Origin: Octopus vulgaris
Taxonomy: Eukaryota
DNA length: 64,000 bases
Direction: 5' to 3'
Assembly: GCA_951406725.2 (NCBI GenBank)
Contig: OX597839.1
Location: forward strand, 21,390,001-21,454,000
Below, piece after piece: positions 26,593 through 40,235 of the stretch (its first letter is position 1; every line of letters starts with the position of its first letter). The notes below the pieces were generated by a model that was not told the origin of the DNA, made no database searches, and saw only the letters and a list, made by a program, of their open reading frames with translations. The position numbers were made by a program, and so were the translations under genes.

Positions 26593-26847
26593 ATATATAT
26601 ATATATATATATACTTTTACTACAATGAGAGGTTGTTGAGAGACAAACATAGCGAATGTGTATGTGTGAAATATAGATAGGTGTCGCTCTACTTATTAGC
26701 AAGCTTTGATTGAAAGCATGAATAAGAGATACAAGATACAGCGTACTTGTATCTAAAAAAAAATCAAGGGACGTGATGCGCGGCTATTCTGATCAGAGGG
26801 ACCTTCAGCTGGAAAGGGGCATCTAGTAAACCGACAAATACGGCATA

Positions 26848-27191
26848 TTATTACCTCCCCCTTAGCGAAGGCGTGGGTATTGTTTTCAGTCGTATTTGTC
26901 CGTATACAAAAATATCTCAAGAACTGCTGGATGGATTCGGATGACTGACCTCGTGACTGGCATGAACGGATTAGTTTTGAGATCGATCCGGTACTACGTA
27001 AGGGTTCTGGATTTTTTTTTTTTTATATACTTAATTTTTGAGAGCAGTCGGGTTCATTTTTAGTATTCTCGTTTGAGAGCAGTTGAGTTTATTTCAGATA
27101 TTCTCATTTCAAATTCATCTCCGGCTAATCATAGAGAAAACGTTGGTATTGCCTTGGCGGGGGTTTGCACTCTCTGAGTGCTCTTCTTATT
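26848..27191 (+). mobile_element. Helentron-associated HINE (DINE-1-like architecture)
   Basis: 5' TTATTACCTCCCCC, subterminal inverted GGCGGGGGT, 3' hairpin GCACTC-TCT-GAGTGC then T-rich end. Confidence 0.7.
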
Positions 27192-27219
27192 AATGATTTA
27201 ACCTTAAATCATTAATAAC

Positions 27220-27389
27220 ATTTTTAGCCTTGAAAAGCGTGAGAAAATATTGCCACGAAAAAAAGCCATAAAAAACCGCGAACGATATTTTCGAATCCGC
27301 GAATATGCGGTGGTTTTCGCGAACAATCATTAGTTCCGCGAATAACCGGGATCGCGAATGCCGAACTGCGAATAAGCGGGGGGACACTG
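27220..27389 (-). mobile_element. Tigger-like terminal region, possibly the left end of the 24560-25340 element
   Basis: Reverse complement begins CAGTGTCCCCCGCTTATTCGC, with repeated CGCGAA subterminal motifs. Confidence 0.55.
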
Positions 27390-27399
27390 CATATATATA

Positions 27400-27742
27400 A
27401 ACTTAGATAAACTTAGATATGTTTCGACCAAAGATTGGTCCAGGCCATGTCTAACTTAATAGCACCACCTGATAGGATTATTTGAATCCTGTTTAAGTCA
27501 AGTTTTGTTCAAGTAGTGAGTTCTTGTTGGGTGAGTTGTATCCAATTATGGGTGGCTTATCTGGTATTCTTTGAAGGAATCTATCCAGACTCTGTTTAAG
27601 TTGATGGGATCCTTTTCTTCTTTGATCTCCCTCGGGACAATGTTAAATAGGGCAGGGCCTGTTGAGGAATAGAAATTATGTTGCAGTGTACATGTATGTC
27701 GTGATCTTGAATTGGGCAGGGGACGTATAGCCCGTGGTCCAA
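27400..27742 (-). mobile_element. CR1-like LINE extreme 3' end
   Basis: Minus strand gives GPALFNIVPREIK; 3' UTR CATGGCC-GACCAA/TTGGTC-GAAAC; tail TATCTAAGTT repeated. Confidence 0.65.
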
Positions 27743-28319
27743 TATATATATATATTACATGACTGTCCAGGCTACCTTATGTTGTTACGCATCGCTTGTC
27801 ACAATGCGCTCTACATCGTTTTAGGCTTCGAATGACCTCACCCTGCTTGGCTAGGCACGTAGGCCAACATTCCACGCTGATTCAAAGGGGGACTGGAACG
27901 ACGTGAAATGAAGTATTTTGCTCAAGAACTCGGTCTGGGAATCGAACGTCGTCAGAGCAACAGTAGGTCACGAGCCTTCACAATATGTGTGTGTGTGTGT
28001 GTGTTATAAATGAAAGACTTCGACCTCAGTGGAATTTGAACTGAGAAGGTAAAGCTGGAAAAAAACGGCCGCGAAGCATTGTGTCCGGTTAGCTAAACAA
28101 TTCAGTCAGCTCGTCACCATAAAAATTATGATAATAATACATTCGTGACCTTTTCACATCGCTAACATATTTCCTGATTTGGTTTCACGAATCTGCGCAT
28201 GCGCCAACACACATCCTCATGCCATCATGAGTACGGTTGATTAAACACATACACACACGTAAACACATACTCATGTGTGTATTGAGTCCTGTAACGCATT
28301 GCTTCTGATGAATCAAGAG

Positions 28320-28414
28320 ATGATGATGGATGGATGGATGGATGGATGGATGGATGGATGGATGGATGGATAGATAGATAGACAGACAGATAGATAGATA
28401 GATAGGTAGGTAGT

Positions 28415-28500
<86 letters not shown>
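28320..28500. repeat. (GATG)n/(GATA)n microsatellite
   Basis: Direct reading. Confidence 0.96.
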
Positions 28501-28501
<1 letters not shown>

Positions 28502-28606
28502 CACTTTATTGTTGTTGATGTGCTGTTTTTATAATTTTTGACTTTTTTTTGTGTGTGTGTTGTATGTCGTCCTTCGATATTGTCCTCCATGTCTTGGGCC
28601 CTTGTG

Positions 28607-28655
<49 letters not shown>

Positions 28656-28962
28656 CTTTGCTTTGTTTCTTAAAGTAAACCCTTGTGGTTAATAAGGAAA
28701 TCATTATTATTATTCTTTATCCTCATTATAATTCTGTCCCTGATGGCTGTGCAAAGCCGCTACCGATGATGAAGACGCTGATTCATAAGCGAAGCCGACT
28801 CCGTTGTCATTGACTCTCTCGACATTTCTGTGAATCAGCCAGGCTGACGACTCGTTCGTGAGATGAGCTTTTTTAATGCTCTCACACCTTGTCCAGTTTT
28901 TCTGAGCAGAGGCCGATGAAGATGATGATGATGATTATCATGAAACTACTACTACTACTACA

Positions 28963-29212
<250 letters not shown>

Positions 29213-29227
29213 AATAATAATAATAAA

Positions 29228-29510
29228 AAATGGCAGAAATTCAAAAGATAGTGCTCATGGGAACTGCTCATATCCTACGCAAAATACTTTCTACGTAATC
29301 TCAAGGTTTAAAACAAACATAATTTTCGGTTTAAAAAAAAAATTTTTTTTTAGACATTCATTTGTACAACACCAAAAACTCCCCCCCCCCCAATATATGG
29401 CACACTAGGCATAACAACAACATGAACTTCGAACCTGTTGTCTCTTGAGGTCTCTGGGTGAGACTTGGAGCCAACTTGTACAAATATAAAGCAAAAGTCA
29501 AACATAGAAT
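29228..29510 (+). mobile_element. Dong-like ORF C-terminus plus 3' UTR in (TAA)n
   Basis: EIQKIVLMGTAHILRKILS*; UTR matches 63131-63300 and 63884-64000. Confidence 0.82.
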
Positions 29511-29511
29511 A

Positions 29512-29554
<43 letters not shown>

Positions 29555-30137
29555 CTTTTCTACTACAGGCACAAAGCCTGAACTCCTAATGGAGGGTACT
29601 AGTTGACTACATTGACCCCAGTACTCAACTGGTACTTATTTTAATCGACCCTGAAAGGATGAAAGGTAAAGTCGACCAAGGCGGAATTCGAACTCAGAAC
29701 GTAAAGGCGTTAAGCTTTTTGCCGCAAAGCTTTTTGCCCGGCGTGCTTTTCCTCTTTTCGGTTGCAGTCCCAGTTGAGCCCCGGGGGTCGATGAAATCGA
29801 CTTGCCCCCCCAACACCCCCCCCCTTCCTCCAACCTGCTGGTCTTGGAACAAAGTTCAAAACCAGTTTCATTGTTAATTGGCGAATCGGTCGTCATGAAG
29901 GTTTTACTTGGCCTGCATTTGTCTTGATGGTGGATTGATGAATGTGTGTGATTACGTGTATGAGCAGAGACACTCTGGCCGCGACCATTCCTCTTTTTCA
30001 AGCATGTCATTTCAGGATATAAAAATTATAGTGAATCCTTCCCATTCTTTAAAGATAGGTTATGATTTGAGAGTGATTTCGTTGCTATTTCTTGCAGGTC
30101 GAGTCATCCTTAATCGTTCTGTTGTTTGTTGTTGTTG

Positions 30138-30169
<32 letters not shown>

Positions 30170-30732
30170 GGTGGTGGAGGTGGTGGTGGTGGTGGTGGTA
30201 GTGGTGTTGAAAGCGTTACAACTGCTGTTGCTTTTGTTTAGCCCTAGGTCGACATTGATCAAGCAGACGGGCTTATGATACGACCAACAGCCTTCCAACC
30301 ATGGCTTTCTCGTCTTCGTGAATATCTTGGGTATTTTCAATGGCATTTTTCTGACTGCAGAAAACGATTTGAAGAGATATTCGGCTGCTATTTCTAGCAC
30401 AACTGACCAAACATGTATTGGCGGTGTTGGTGGGTTTTTTTTAGGGGGTGGTTTGGGTGCCGGGGATGAACCATGGAGACATTAAAGCTGCTGGTATCCC
30501 AGACGTCCTCACCATCAAGAGTGTATCATCTTTCAACTGTTTCCATGGTAACGTCAATAATTTTCTTACCCCACCCCACCACCCTAGACCGCTCCTCCAT
30601 TGCTTTTTGGTAATTTAGAGTCTGTAAACACCTCAGTGATGTTCTACGGGGCAGGGTTAGGGATTTCAACACATTTACACGCGCGCATGCGTACACACAC
30701 ACACACACAGAGAAAAATGTAAACGTATGTCT

Positions 30733-32232
30733 CCACACATACATACATACACACACATACATACATACATACATACATACACACATACATACATACATAC
30801 ATACATACATACATACATACATACATACATACATACATACATACATACATGCATACATACATACATACATACATACATACATACATACATACATACATAC
30901 ATACATACATACATACATACATACATACATACATACATACATACATACATACATACATACATACATACATACATACATACATACATACATACATACATAC
31001 ATACATACATACATACATACATACATACATACATACATACATACATACATACATACATACATACATACATACATACATACATACATACATACATACATAC
31101 ATACATACATACATACATACATACATACATACATACATACATACATACATACATACATACATACATACATACATACATACATACATACATACATACATAC
31201 ATACATACATACATACATACATACATACATACATACATACATACATACATACATACATACATACATACATACATACATACATACATACATACATACATAC
31301 ATACATACATACATACATACATACATGCATACATACATACATGCATACATACATACATGCATACATACATACATACATACATGCATACATACATACATGC
31401 ACACATACATGCATACATACATACATACATACATACATACATACATACATACATGCATACATGCATACATACATACATACATACATACATACATACATAC
31501 ATACATACATACATACATACATACATACATACATACATACATGCATACATACATGCATACATACATACATACATACATACATGCATACATACATACATAC
31601 ATACATACATACATGCATACATACATACATACATACATACATGCATACATACATACATGCATACATACATACATACATACATACATACATACATACATAC
31701 ATACATACATACATACATACATACATACATGCATACATACATACATGCACACATACATACATACATACATACATACATACATACATACATACATACATAC
31801 ATACATACATACATACATACATACATACATGCATACATACATACATACATACATACATACATACATACATACATGCATACATACATGCATACATACATAC
31901 ATACATACATACATACATACATACATACATACATACATACATACATACATACATACATACATACATACATACATACATACATACATACATACATACATAC
32001 ATACATACATGCATACATACATACATACATACATACATACATACATGCATACATACATGCATACATACATACATACATACATACATACATACATACATAC
32101 ATACATACATACATACATACATACATACATACATACATACATACATACATACATACATTCATACATACATACATACATACATACATACATACATACATAC
32201 ATACATACATACATACATACATACATACATAC
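30733..32232. repeat. 1.5-kb (TACA)n satellite with TGCA variants
   Basis: Direct reading. Confidence 0.98.
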
Positions 32233-32537
32233 ACGCACACATTCACACACGCATCCACACGCTCGCCTATTCATGCGTGCGTGCGTACACATAATTTGCA
32301 TAACACGTCCGAATACATCTGTGTGTATTAGTATGTATGTGTATGTCAGTGAGTGTATGTAAACGTATGTATGTGTGGCCGCAACACCATATGTGTATTC
32401 TATATCTGCTTGTATGCGTGTGTGTAAATGTACATATGTATGTTTGTGTATGCGCGAGGACGTACATCCGTGTGTATCTGGGCATATATAAGTGTCAAAC
32501 TAGTTATGGAATATCGATTTTATATCCATCGAAGTGT

Positions 32538-32959
32538 GTTTACTCGTTTACTCGTTTACTTGTTTCAGTCATTTGACTGCGGCCATGCTGGAGCACCGCC
32601 TTTAATCGAGCAAATCGACCCCGGGACATATTCTTTGTAAGCCCAGTACTTATTCTATCGGTCTCTTTTGCCGAACCGCTAAGTGACGGGGACGTAAACA
32701 CACCAGCATCGGTTGTCAAGCAATGCTAGGGGGACAAACACAGACACACAAACATATACACACACATGCACACACATATATATATATACATATATACGAC
32801 AGGCTTCTTTCAGTTTCCGTCTACCAAATCCACTCACAAGGCTTTGGTCGGCCCGGGGCTATAGCAGAAGACACTTGCCCAAGATGCCACGCAGTGGGAC
32901 TGAACCCGGAACCATGTGGTTGGTTAGCAAGCTACTTACCACACAGCCACTCCTGCGCC
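32538..32959 (-). mobile_element. SINE family B
   Basis: Full-length copy. Confidence 0.93.
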
Positions 32960-33459
32960 TATTTGCTTGTTTTCATTATATATTTTTTAATTTCTTAGAA
33001 TCCTTCTTCGAAGAAAAAATATGGTTTCTTCAAAAGGAAGTAAACTCTGCTGCTAGAATTTTGATAACAATAATAATCATTGTTAAACTTCGAAAAAATC
33101 CTGCATATTTTTACTGTTCCACTTACAAGATAGATTTGTAAAATATTTGTAAGCGATTTCTTTCTTTCTCTGAAAATCCTTGCCTTTCCAGATTGCCTCT
33201 TCGACATTTACTAACATAATCAAATGCACCAGTAATTACTGGTATAAATGGGATATGATCTGAATAGAGGAGCAGCAGGTATTGAAGGCGTTATCTGTAA
33301 ATATTATCTTTCTTACTGGTTTAGGAAAAGATGGTCACATTTGGAGGGCAGCTAACTTTTATGAGTAGATATAATTTTTCTTTTCTCTCTCAAATAACTA
33401 TATTAGGCCTGTTATGATTGTACTCGGGAATGTCCCACCAATCTTTCTACTGTTGAGAA

Positions 33460-33745
33460 TTGGTACTCTGCCGGTTACGATGACAAAGGTTCCAGTTGAT
33501 CCGTGAAATTAACATGCAAGTGGCTGAGTACTCCACAGACACTTGTGTACCCTTAACGTATTTAGCATGACACGGAATGTGACAAGGCTGGCCCCTTTGA
33601 ATTACAGGTACAACTCATTTTCGTGGCTGAGTGGACTGGAGCAACGTGAAATAGTGTCTTGCTCAAGGACACAACGTACCGAGAGGAATCGAGCGCAGGA
33701 CCTTACGATCGAGAATCGAATACCGTAACCACTGAGCCACACACC
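33460..33745 (-). mobile_element. SINE family C
   Basis: Homologous to 47742-48058. Confidence 0.82.
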
Positions 33746-34109
33746 CTTACTCTTTGTGCCGATGTTTTAAATAACAGAGGTGTTGTTTATATTTATCCCA
33801 GGGCAGGCTTTTCTGCGGATGACATGATTTAGCAACTGGTTCGTATCATAAAGGGAGGCAGCACCACGATGACATTTTTAGGGCAGCTGCTCAACACATA
33901 TGTTTATATCCTCCACAGAAGTGGGAGAATCGACATTTGCGGTTGCGTCTTGGGAGTTTCACGATTCCACTGTCTGATTCAGTCGATAATTCGTAGCGAT
34001 TTCCTGCCCTTGATTTGCAAACCCTTAATCTTCGAGATGTGACCTGATGTAGCGATCACAAATCTAAGACAGGCTACACTTTGTGCTAATATCCTCCTCC
34101 TCCTCCTGA

Positions 34110-34866
34110 TGGCGTCAAGTTGGCAGGATCGTTAATATGTCTTTATGTTCTGATTTCAAAATCCGCCGAAGTCGACTTTCCTTTTCATCCTTTCAGGAAC
34201 CAGTTGCAGTAAAAATGCATTAACCAAGTGCACAAAAACGAAGTGAATAACAACCTGCGTATCGTTAGGGAACGTCTCAGAAAGAATTCGCTTCCCGATG
34301 ACCTGTGAACCCAGAAGTGCAGAACCAACAGATGTCAACAAACACTCTGCAAACTACAGGGGGAAAAAAAGTGAAACAAGAGTTGATGTAATCGACTTAC
34401 CCTTCCCTCCAAATTGCAGGCTTTTTTTTTTTTTTTTTTTTTACTTGTCTCAGTCATTTGACTGCGGCCATGCTGGAGCACCGCCTTTAGTCGAGCAGAT
34501 CGACCCCGGGACTTATTATTTGTAAGCCCAGTACTTATTCTATCGGTCTCTTTTTGCCGAACCGCTAAGTGACAGGGACATAAACACACCAGCATCGGTT
34601 GTCAAGCAATGCTAGGGGGACAAACACAGACACACAAACATATACACACACATACATATATATATATATACATATATACGACAGGCTTCTTTCAGTTTCC
34701 GTCTACCAAATCCACTCACAAGGCATTGGTCGGCCCGGTGCTATAGCAGAAGACACTTGCCCAAGGTGCCACGCAGTGGGACTGAACCCGGAACCATGTG
34801 GTTGGTTAGCAAGCTACTTACCACACAGCCACTCCTGCGCTTTGTGTGAAAATTTGAAACCAATAT
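34110..34866 (+). mobile_element. Old SINE A split by an inverted LINE piece and a SINE B
   Basis: Head and core at 34110-34198, GATGTAATCGACTTACCC at ~34386, tail TTGTG..AAAATTTGAAACCA at 34842-34862. Confidence 0.65.
34422..34840 (-). mobile_element. SINE family B
   Basis: Full-length copy. Confidence 0.93.
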
Positions 34867-34904
34867 TTTCCTCCTCCTCTTCCTCAACTTTACAGGAAAC
34901 ATAC

Positions 34905-36340
34905 ACGTTCACTTTTTCCCCCCTGTAGTTTGTAGAGTGTTTGTTGAAATCTGTTGCTTCTACACTTCTAGGTTCGCAGGTCATCGGGAAGCGAATTCTT
35001 TTTGAGACATTCCCTACCGATACGTAGGTTGCTATTCACTTCGTTTTTGTGTACTTGGTTTATGCAATTTTGTTGCAAGTGTTTGCCAGTTGCTGTTTCA
35101 GTGATTTCACATTCGAAGCTTGTCTGCCCTGACCCTAGTCGTCTCCCTCTCTCCATACATCTTCGATAGAATCTGTCGGAATCACTGCTTCTCGGGGAGT
35201 TTACAGGTGAAATTAGGATCTTGCCGGCTTTAATGTCTCCGAAGCGTATTTCCTTTTACAAATCAGTCAAACGGGCCTAACTTTGGTATCAGTACTGGTT
35301 CTACAAATGCATTGTGGGATATCGACCTGTTAGAGGAAAACTGACTGGCGGATCTTTTTCAAGTCTGGTGTAGTTTATTCTATTCTTGTTTACCGTAACT
35401 TTTATATATTTTCATCAATGTCTAAGTATTTGTAGTACTTGTTTTGTGGAACAGGGTAGATAGAGACACTGAAGACGCAGGGGTTTTAGGGCAGGGAACC
35501 GTTTTTTTCACGTTGAATTATTGAATATGAATATTTCTTTTGGTCAAACTCCATCCCTTTAGCAACAGAAAATGTGATTAAATCCAGCTGTTTCTCAATA
35601 ATGGAAAGATTTCGCGATAAAGTTCTTTATTGTTCACGAAGAAATGAGTGACATAAGTATCTCTTCCCGTTGTAGACCCAAGGACATAACATGTGGATTT
35701 TCATAAGAGAAACGTCAGCGGATTTGGTAGCAAAATACGCAGAAGTAGACCGATTGTCGCCTTGGAATATTCCCGCTGAAATATTAATAACATCACAGAC
35801 AATCATTTTACTTTCAGTTAGAATTGTGGACCAAGGTCTGCATGAGCTTTCCAAAGGCAGTAACCAAGGCAGCAGATATTTTTGCCATCTGAACTGACTT
35901 CAGCAATCATGAGTGACGAATCGAATGCTTCTTTTGTAATCAAAGCCTGTTGTCACAAAGTTTTTACGATGTCTTCTGACTTCAGACAACACAAATTTAT
36001 TCATCAAAATTTGTTCTGTTTCGGTGCACCCACGAACATCTTTTTTTTTTTTTCGCCTTCCTGATCATCAAGGATGTGATGAGTGCATTAAGTTCCAGTT
36101 TGCATCTTTAAATCGTTCTTCATTATTCATAGTTTTAATGCAGTGCCACTTGTTATGTAATCATCACAACAAACATGAACAATCAACGTTGCCAATTGTC
36201 TCCCTTGATACAAGGACATTCAGTAAGTTTCCCGCCACAACAAATACCTTGTACAACAACGTCAGTCTAATAAAGCATCTCGTATCGTTAACACATTTTT
36301 TCAGTCTCTCTCATTTTCTTAATCTTTCATACTAAGTACT
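34905..36340 (-). pseudogene. Degenerate R4/Dong-clade RT
   Basis: RGCTETEQILMNK, GIFQGD, GYVLG..VTHFFVNNKELY, YKYLDIDE and DSDRFY..ERGRRL occur in order on the minus strand. Confidence 0.72.
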
Positions 36341-37934
36341 CACTACTTCCTTTAATACTCAATACATTATGTATATATAACAACAACACCACTTACTAAA
36401 TTTGAGCGTTGTGTTGTTAATGTTGTCTAATTAATATCAGATTCTCAGGTAACTCATGTGGTTACATACGAGGATCCTGAGGGAGGAGGGGATTGGTAGG
36501 CAGTGATGAAGGAAGGGCCACCTACAAACAAGCACAAAACTGTCTTTGAATTATTCGTGGCGAATCCTTTTCGCTTTGAAACTTATTCAATTTACCTAAA
36601 AAAAATTTCTTGAAAGTTTTTCTGAAAGTCTTACATGACAAAGGGCATTTTATCATTAAACACACAAGAGCACAATGGTCTCGAAATAAATGATTCAAAC
36701 AGCTTGTCTACAGTTTGTATACCAGGCTGTGGGGCCGATAGTTTTCTGCAAAGGCAATGATTTCATTGTTGGTCACAAGAAATATTTGTGTTATCATCCT
36801 TCATCAACCCCACCCCTGTCACCATGACAACCTATTGCAATCTCGAATTTGTGATAAAATGGCCAATGTTACCTGACAAACGAAATCAATCAGACTGGGC
36901 TGAAACACACTTAGGTCATGGGTCGACTGGATTTGGCCTAACCTGGGGCTAAACGGCAACAATAATCTGAATGGTTACTAGATCTGCAAGAAAGAGCAGC
37001 CAAAATGAGCTCAAATCATAATTGTATATTCTTGTAAAAAAGAAAAAGTATTTTGATCATGTAGTCTGGGATAGATTGCGCTTTTGATAATAAAGACCAA
37101 ATTCTTAGAACAACTGAGATCATATGTCTGCCTGATCGGGGCAGACCTGGGGCTAAATAACAAGAACTTGTTCATAGAAAAGTCAGATGTGTGTGTGTGT
37201 GTGTGGTAGGGTATGTGTAATGTGGCTCGCATAACGTGGTGTCCTGTGCAGACGACAGTTTGTCTGGCTTGTCAAAAACTAACCACAACCACACCAACCA
37301 TTTCAAACAAACAAAATGTGAAGGACTTAAGCAAATATGTCTGGCTTTCGGAGCGGCAGACGATAGAGTTGCTCCATTTGATTCTTGTTACATTTTATTT
37401 TATTTCGTTTTTTTTTTAAATTTTAATTTATTTAGCTTAAACATTGGTCACAATTTTGGCAAGTGCCGAGCTACAGAGAAAAATAGTTGGCGAGGATATT
37501 AAAATGTCCTGAAGACTATTAGTTCAAAGGGTTTTCACTTGTAAGCAAGTGTACATTCATAAATATTTATCTGACATTAGTTATAAAGTTTACGGTTCCT
37601 TTCACGACACTGAAGCAACTGGGTTTATTTATAAACACAGTCTTTATACCCCACCCTCTCTCTACATATATATCACCGTCTTTAGCTATCGACCTTCCGA
37701 CCTACCTATTTTTTTTTTTCTTTTGTTTCACAATCTAAAGTAGAAAATGATCATATTTTCGTGTATTCTCCTAAACTATCTCTCGCTGTGTGTTTTGGCA
37801 ATCCTTCGGTATTGGTAGACAACGTTATTCACCCACAAAACCTCCCCTCATGACATTGATAAAGAAGTGAGGCTGAAAACGAGGTAAATGTTTCCTCACA
37901 CCGACACTCTGGAGACCAAAACCGAAGGATCACC

Positions 37935-37975
<41 letters not shown>

Positions 37976-37976
<1 letters not shown>

Positions 37977-38216
37977 TTTATTTTAAGTAGCAGAAAATTC
38001 AACAAAATCTGTTACTCTGAGTTTCTCGTTGCCGTTCATCAGACAGTTTTTGCTAGAAAAAAACTTCTAGCAAAAACTGTCTGATGAACGGCAACGAGAA
38101 ACTCAGAGTAACAGATTTTGTTGAATTTTCTGCTGCTTAAAATAAAGCATATTACTCTACCACTGGTATTTGAGTACTCTTTTTTCCACCTTGTTTCACA
38201 TTTATGTGTTTACTCC

Positions 38217-38217
<1 letters not shown>
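37976..38217. mobile_element. Penelope-like fold-back cassette in (TA)n
   Basis: 83-bp inverted arms 37976-38058 and 38065-38147 with one mismatch, plus a unique 3' extension; each arm has a hammerhead motif. Confidence 0.75.
38077..38114 (+). ncRNA. Minimal type I hammerhead ribozyme (mirror copy on the minus strand at ~38009-38046)
   Basis: CTGT-CTGATGA-ACG GCAA CGA-GAAA-CTC A GAG-TA-ACAG: helix I CTGT/ACAG, palindromic helix III, GTA cleavage triplet. Confidence 0.75.
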
Positions 38218-38267
<50 letters not shown>

Positions 38268-38724
38268 GATAGAAGTTAATATAGCCTCGTTAAGAGATAA
38301 AAACATCGGTTTGAATTGGTTGAAATATTTCGACAACTAAAATGACTGGAAGCTTAGCTTTAGCCCGAGTTTCGTGAAGTCGAGTGGGGCGAAACAGATA
38401 GACATTGCTTAACACAATTTTCAATAAATTTAATTTATTCTCCTGTAATCTAATCTGGTCGAACGTTGGTCAACCGATGGTGGTCGCTATTGTTCTAACG
38501 AACAATGACAATCAAACACACACACACACCTTCATAAACGTCTGTGTGAGAGAATATGTGTATACGTGAGATAGTGTGTATGTGTGTGTTTAAGTGTGTG
38601 TGTGTGTGTATGTGTGAGTGTGTGGAGGGGTTTTTATTGCTTTGTGTCAGTTGTATTTAATTTTCCATCTTTTTTTGTCCTCCTTCCTATCTATGTTCAT
38701 CTTTTTTGTCTGTTTGTCTCATTT

Positions 38725-38837
38725 TCTCTCTTTCTTCTCTCTCTCTCTCTCTCTCCATTCTTATCTCTCTCTCTCTCTCGCTCTCTCTTTTTCTTCTCTC
38801 TCTATTCCTATCTCTCTCTCGCTCTCTCTCTCTTTCT

Positions 38838-38904
<67 letters not shown>

Positions 38905-38923
38905 CTCGCTCTCTCTCTTTCTT

Positions 38924-38967
<44 letters not shown>

Positions 38968-38985
38968 CTCGCTCTCTCTCTTTCT

Positions 38986-39024
<39 letters not shown>

Positions 39025-39048
39025 CTATCTCTCGCTCTCTCTCTTTCT

Positions 39049-39093
<45 letters not shown>

Positions 39094-39133
39094 CTATCTC
39101 TCGCTCTCTCTCTTTCTTCTCTCTCTCTCTCTT

Positions 39134-39164
<31 letters not shown>

Positions 39165-39206
39165 CTATCTCTCGCTCTCTCTCTTTCTTCTCTCTCTCTC
39201 TCTATC

Positions 39207-39290
<84 letters not shown>

Positions 39291-39327
39291 CTCTCTCTCT
39301 CTCTCTCTATCTATCCATCTATCTATA

Positions 39328-39376
<49 letters not shown>

Positions 39377-39395
39377 CTCGCTCTCTCTCTTTCTT

Positions 39396-39429
<34 letters not shown>

Positions 39430-39505
39430 CTCTCGCTCTCTCTCTTTCTTCTCTCCCCCCTCTCTCTCTCTATCTATCTATCTATCTATCGCTCTCTCTC
39501 TTTCT

Positions 39506-39550
<45 letters not shown>

Positions 39551-39597
39551 GTCTGTCTATCTATCTATCTATCTATCTATCTCTCGCGCTCTCTCTT

Positions 39598-39655
<58 letters not shown>
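38725..39655. repeat. Higher-order (CT)n/(TATC)n array punctuated by CTCGCTCTCTCTCTTTCTT
   Basis: The spacer motif recurs about every 45-65 bp through most of the array. Confidence 0.92.
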
Positions 39656-39739
39656 TATACAATTTCGAAGCAACTAACGTAGATTTACAAACACACACAC
39701 ACGCTGAACACCTGCTGCATGCATAAGTTATATATATAG

Positions 39740-39965
39740 ACGTAGCGGTTTGGTAATAAGTTTGCTTCGCAACCACATGGTGCCGGGTTCAGTCCCACTG
39801 CATAGTACCTTAGTTAAGTGTCTTGTACAATAGCCCCGAGACAACCAAAGCCTGTGGTGCCGGGTTCAGTCCCACTGCATAGTACCTTAGTTAAGTGTCT
39901 TGTACAATAGCCCCGAGACAACCAAAGCCTTGTGAGTGGATTTGCTAGACGGAAACTGAAAGGAA
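39740..39965 (+). mobile_element. Older SINE B 5' half with internal 77-bp tandem duplication
   Basis: TGGTGCCGGGTTCAGTCCC...ACCAAAGCCT at 39778 and again at 39855. Confidence 0.85.
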
Positions 39966-39995
39966 GCTTAAGCTTACTTACCACATGCTTGCTTA

Positions 39996-40235
39996 TCACG
40001 GACCATCAAAGGTGATGACATCGTCGATCGGCGCCACGCATTCCCCTCGGCCACCAGCACATTGCTTCTTATGGAAGTGGACTTGGCTAACTAGAGCGAT
40101 ACGAAATAGGCAGATCTTGTGGCGCTGAGGGCACTGCTCTCCCCCAACAACAGCCGCAGAGGGTTGATGACGACGTCGCCTCCTCGCTTCATGTAATCTC
40201 CTGCATTCGGCTTCGAAGCGTTCTACCCCAGCATC
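39996..40235 (-). mobile_element. RTE-like LINE extreme 3' end
   Basis: GVERFEAECRRLHEARRRRH...CPQRHKICLFRIALVSQVHFH, a degenerate C-terminal C2H2-like motif. Confidence 0.6.

Noticed and set aside
30526-32362. 345-591-aa MYVC/HTYI ORFs in all six frames
   Set aside because: (TACA)n has no stop codons, so the ORFs are artefacts.
36975-37165. Old dispersed repeat ending GACCTGGGGCTAAA (similar pieces near 16060, 17470-18060, 22840 and 30235)
   Set aside because: Probably a real ancient family, but too degraded to define boundaries or class by eye.
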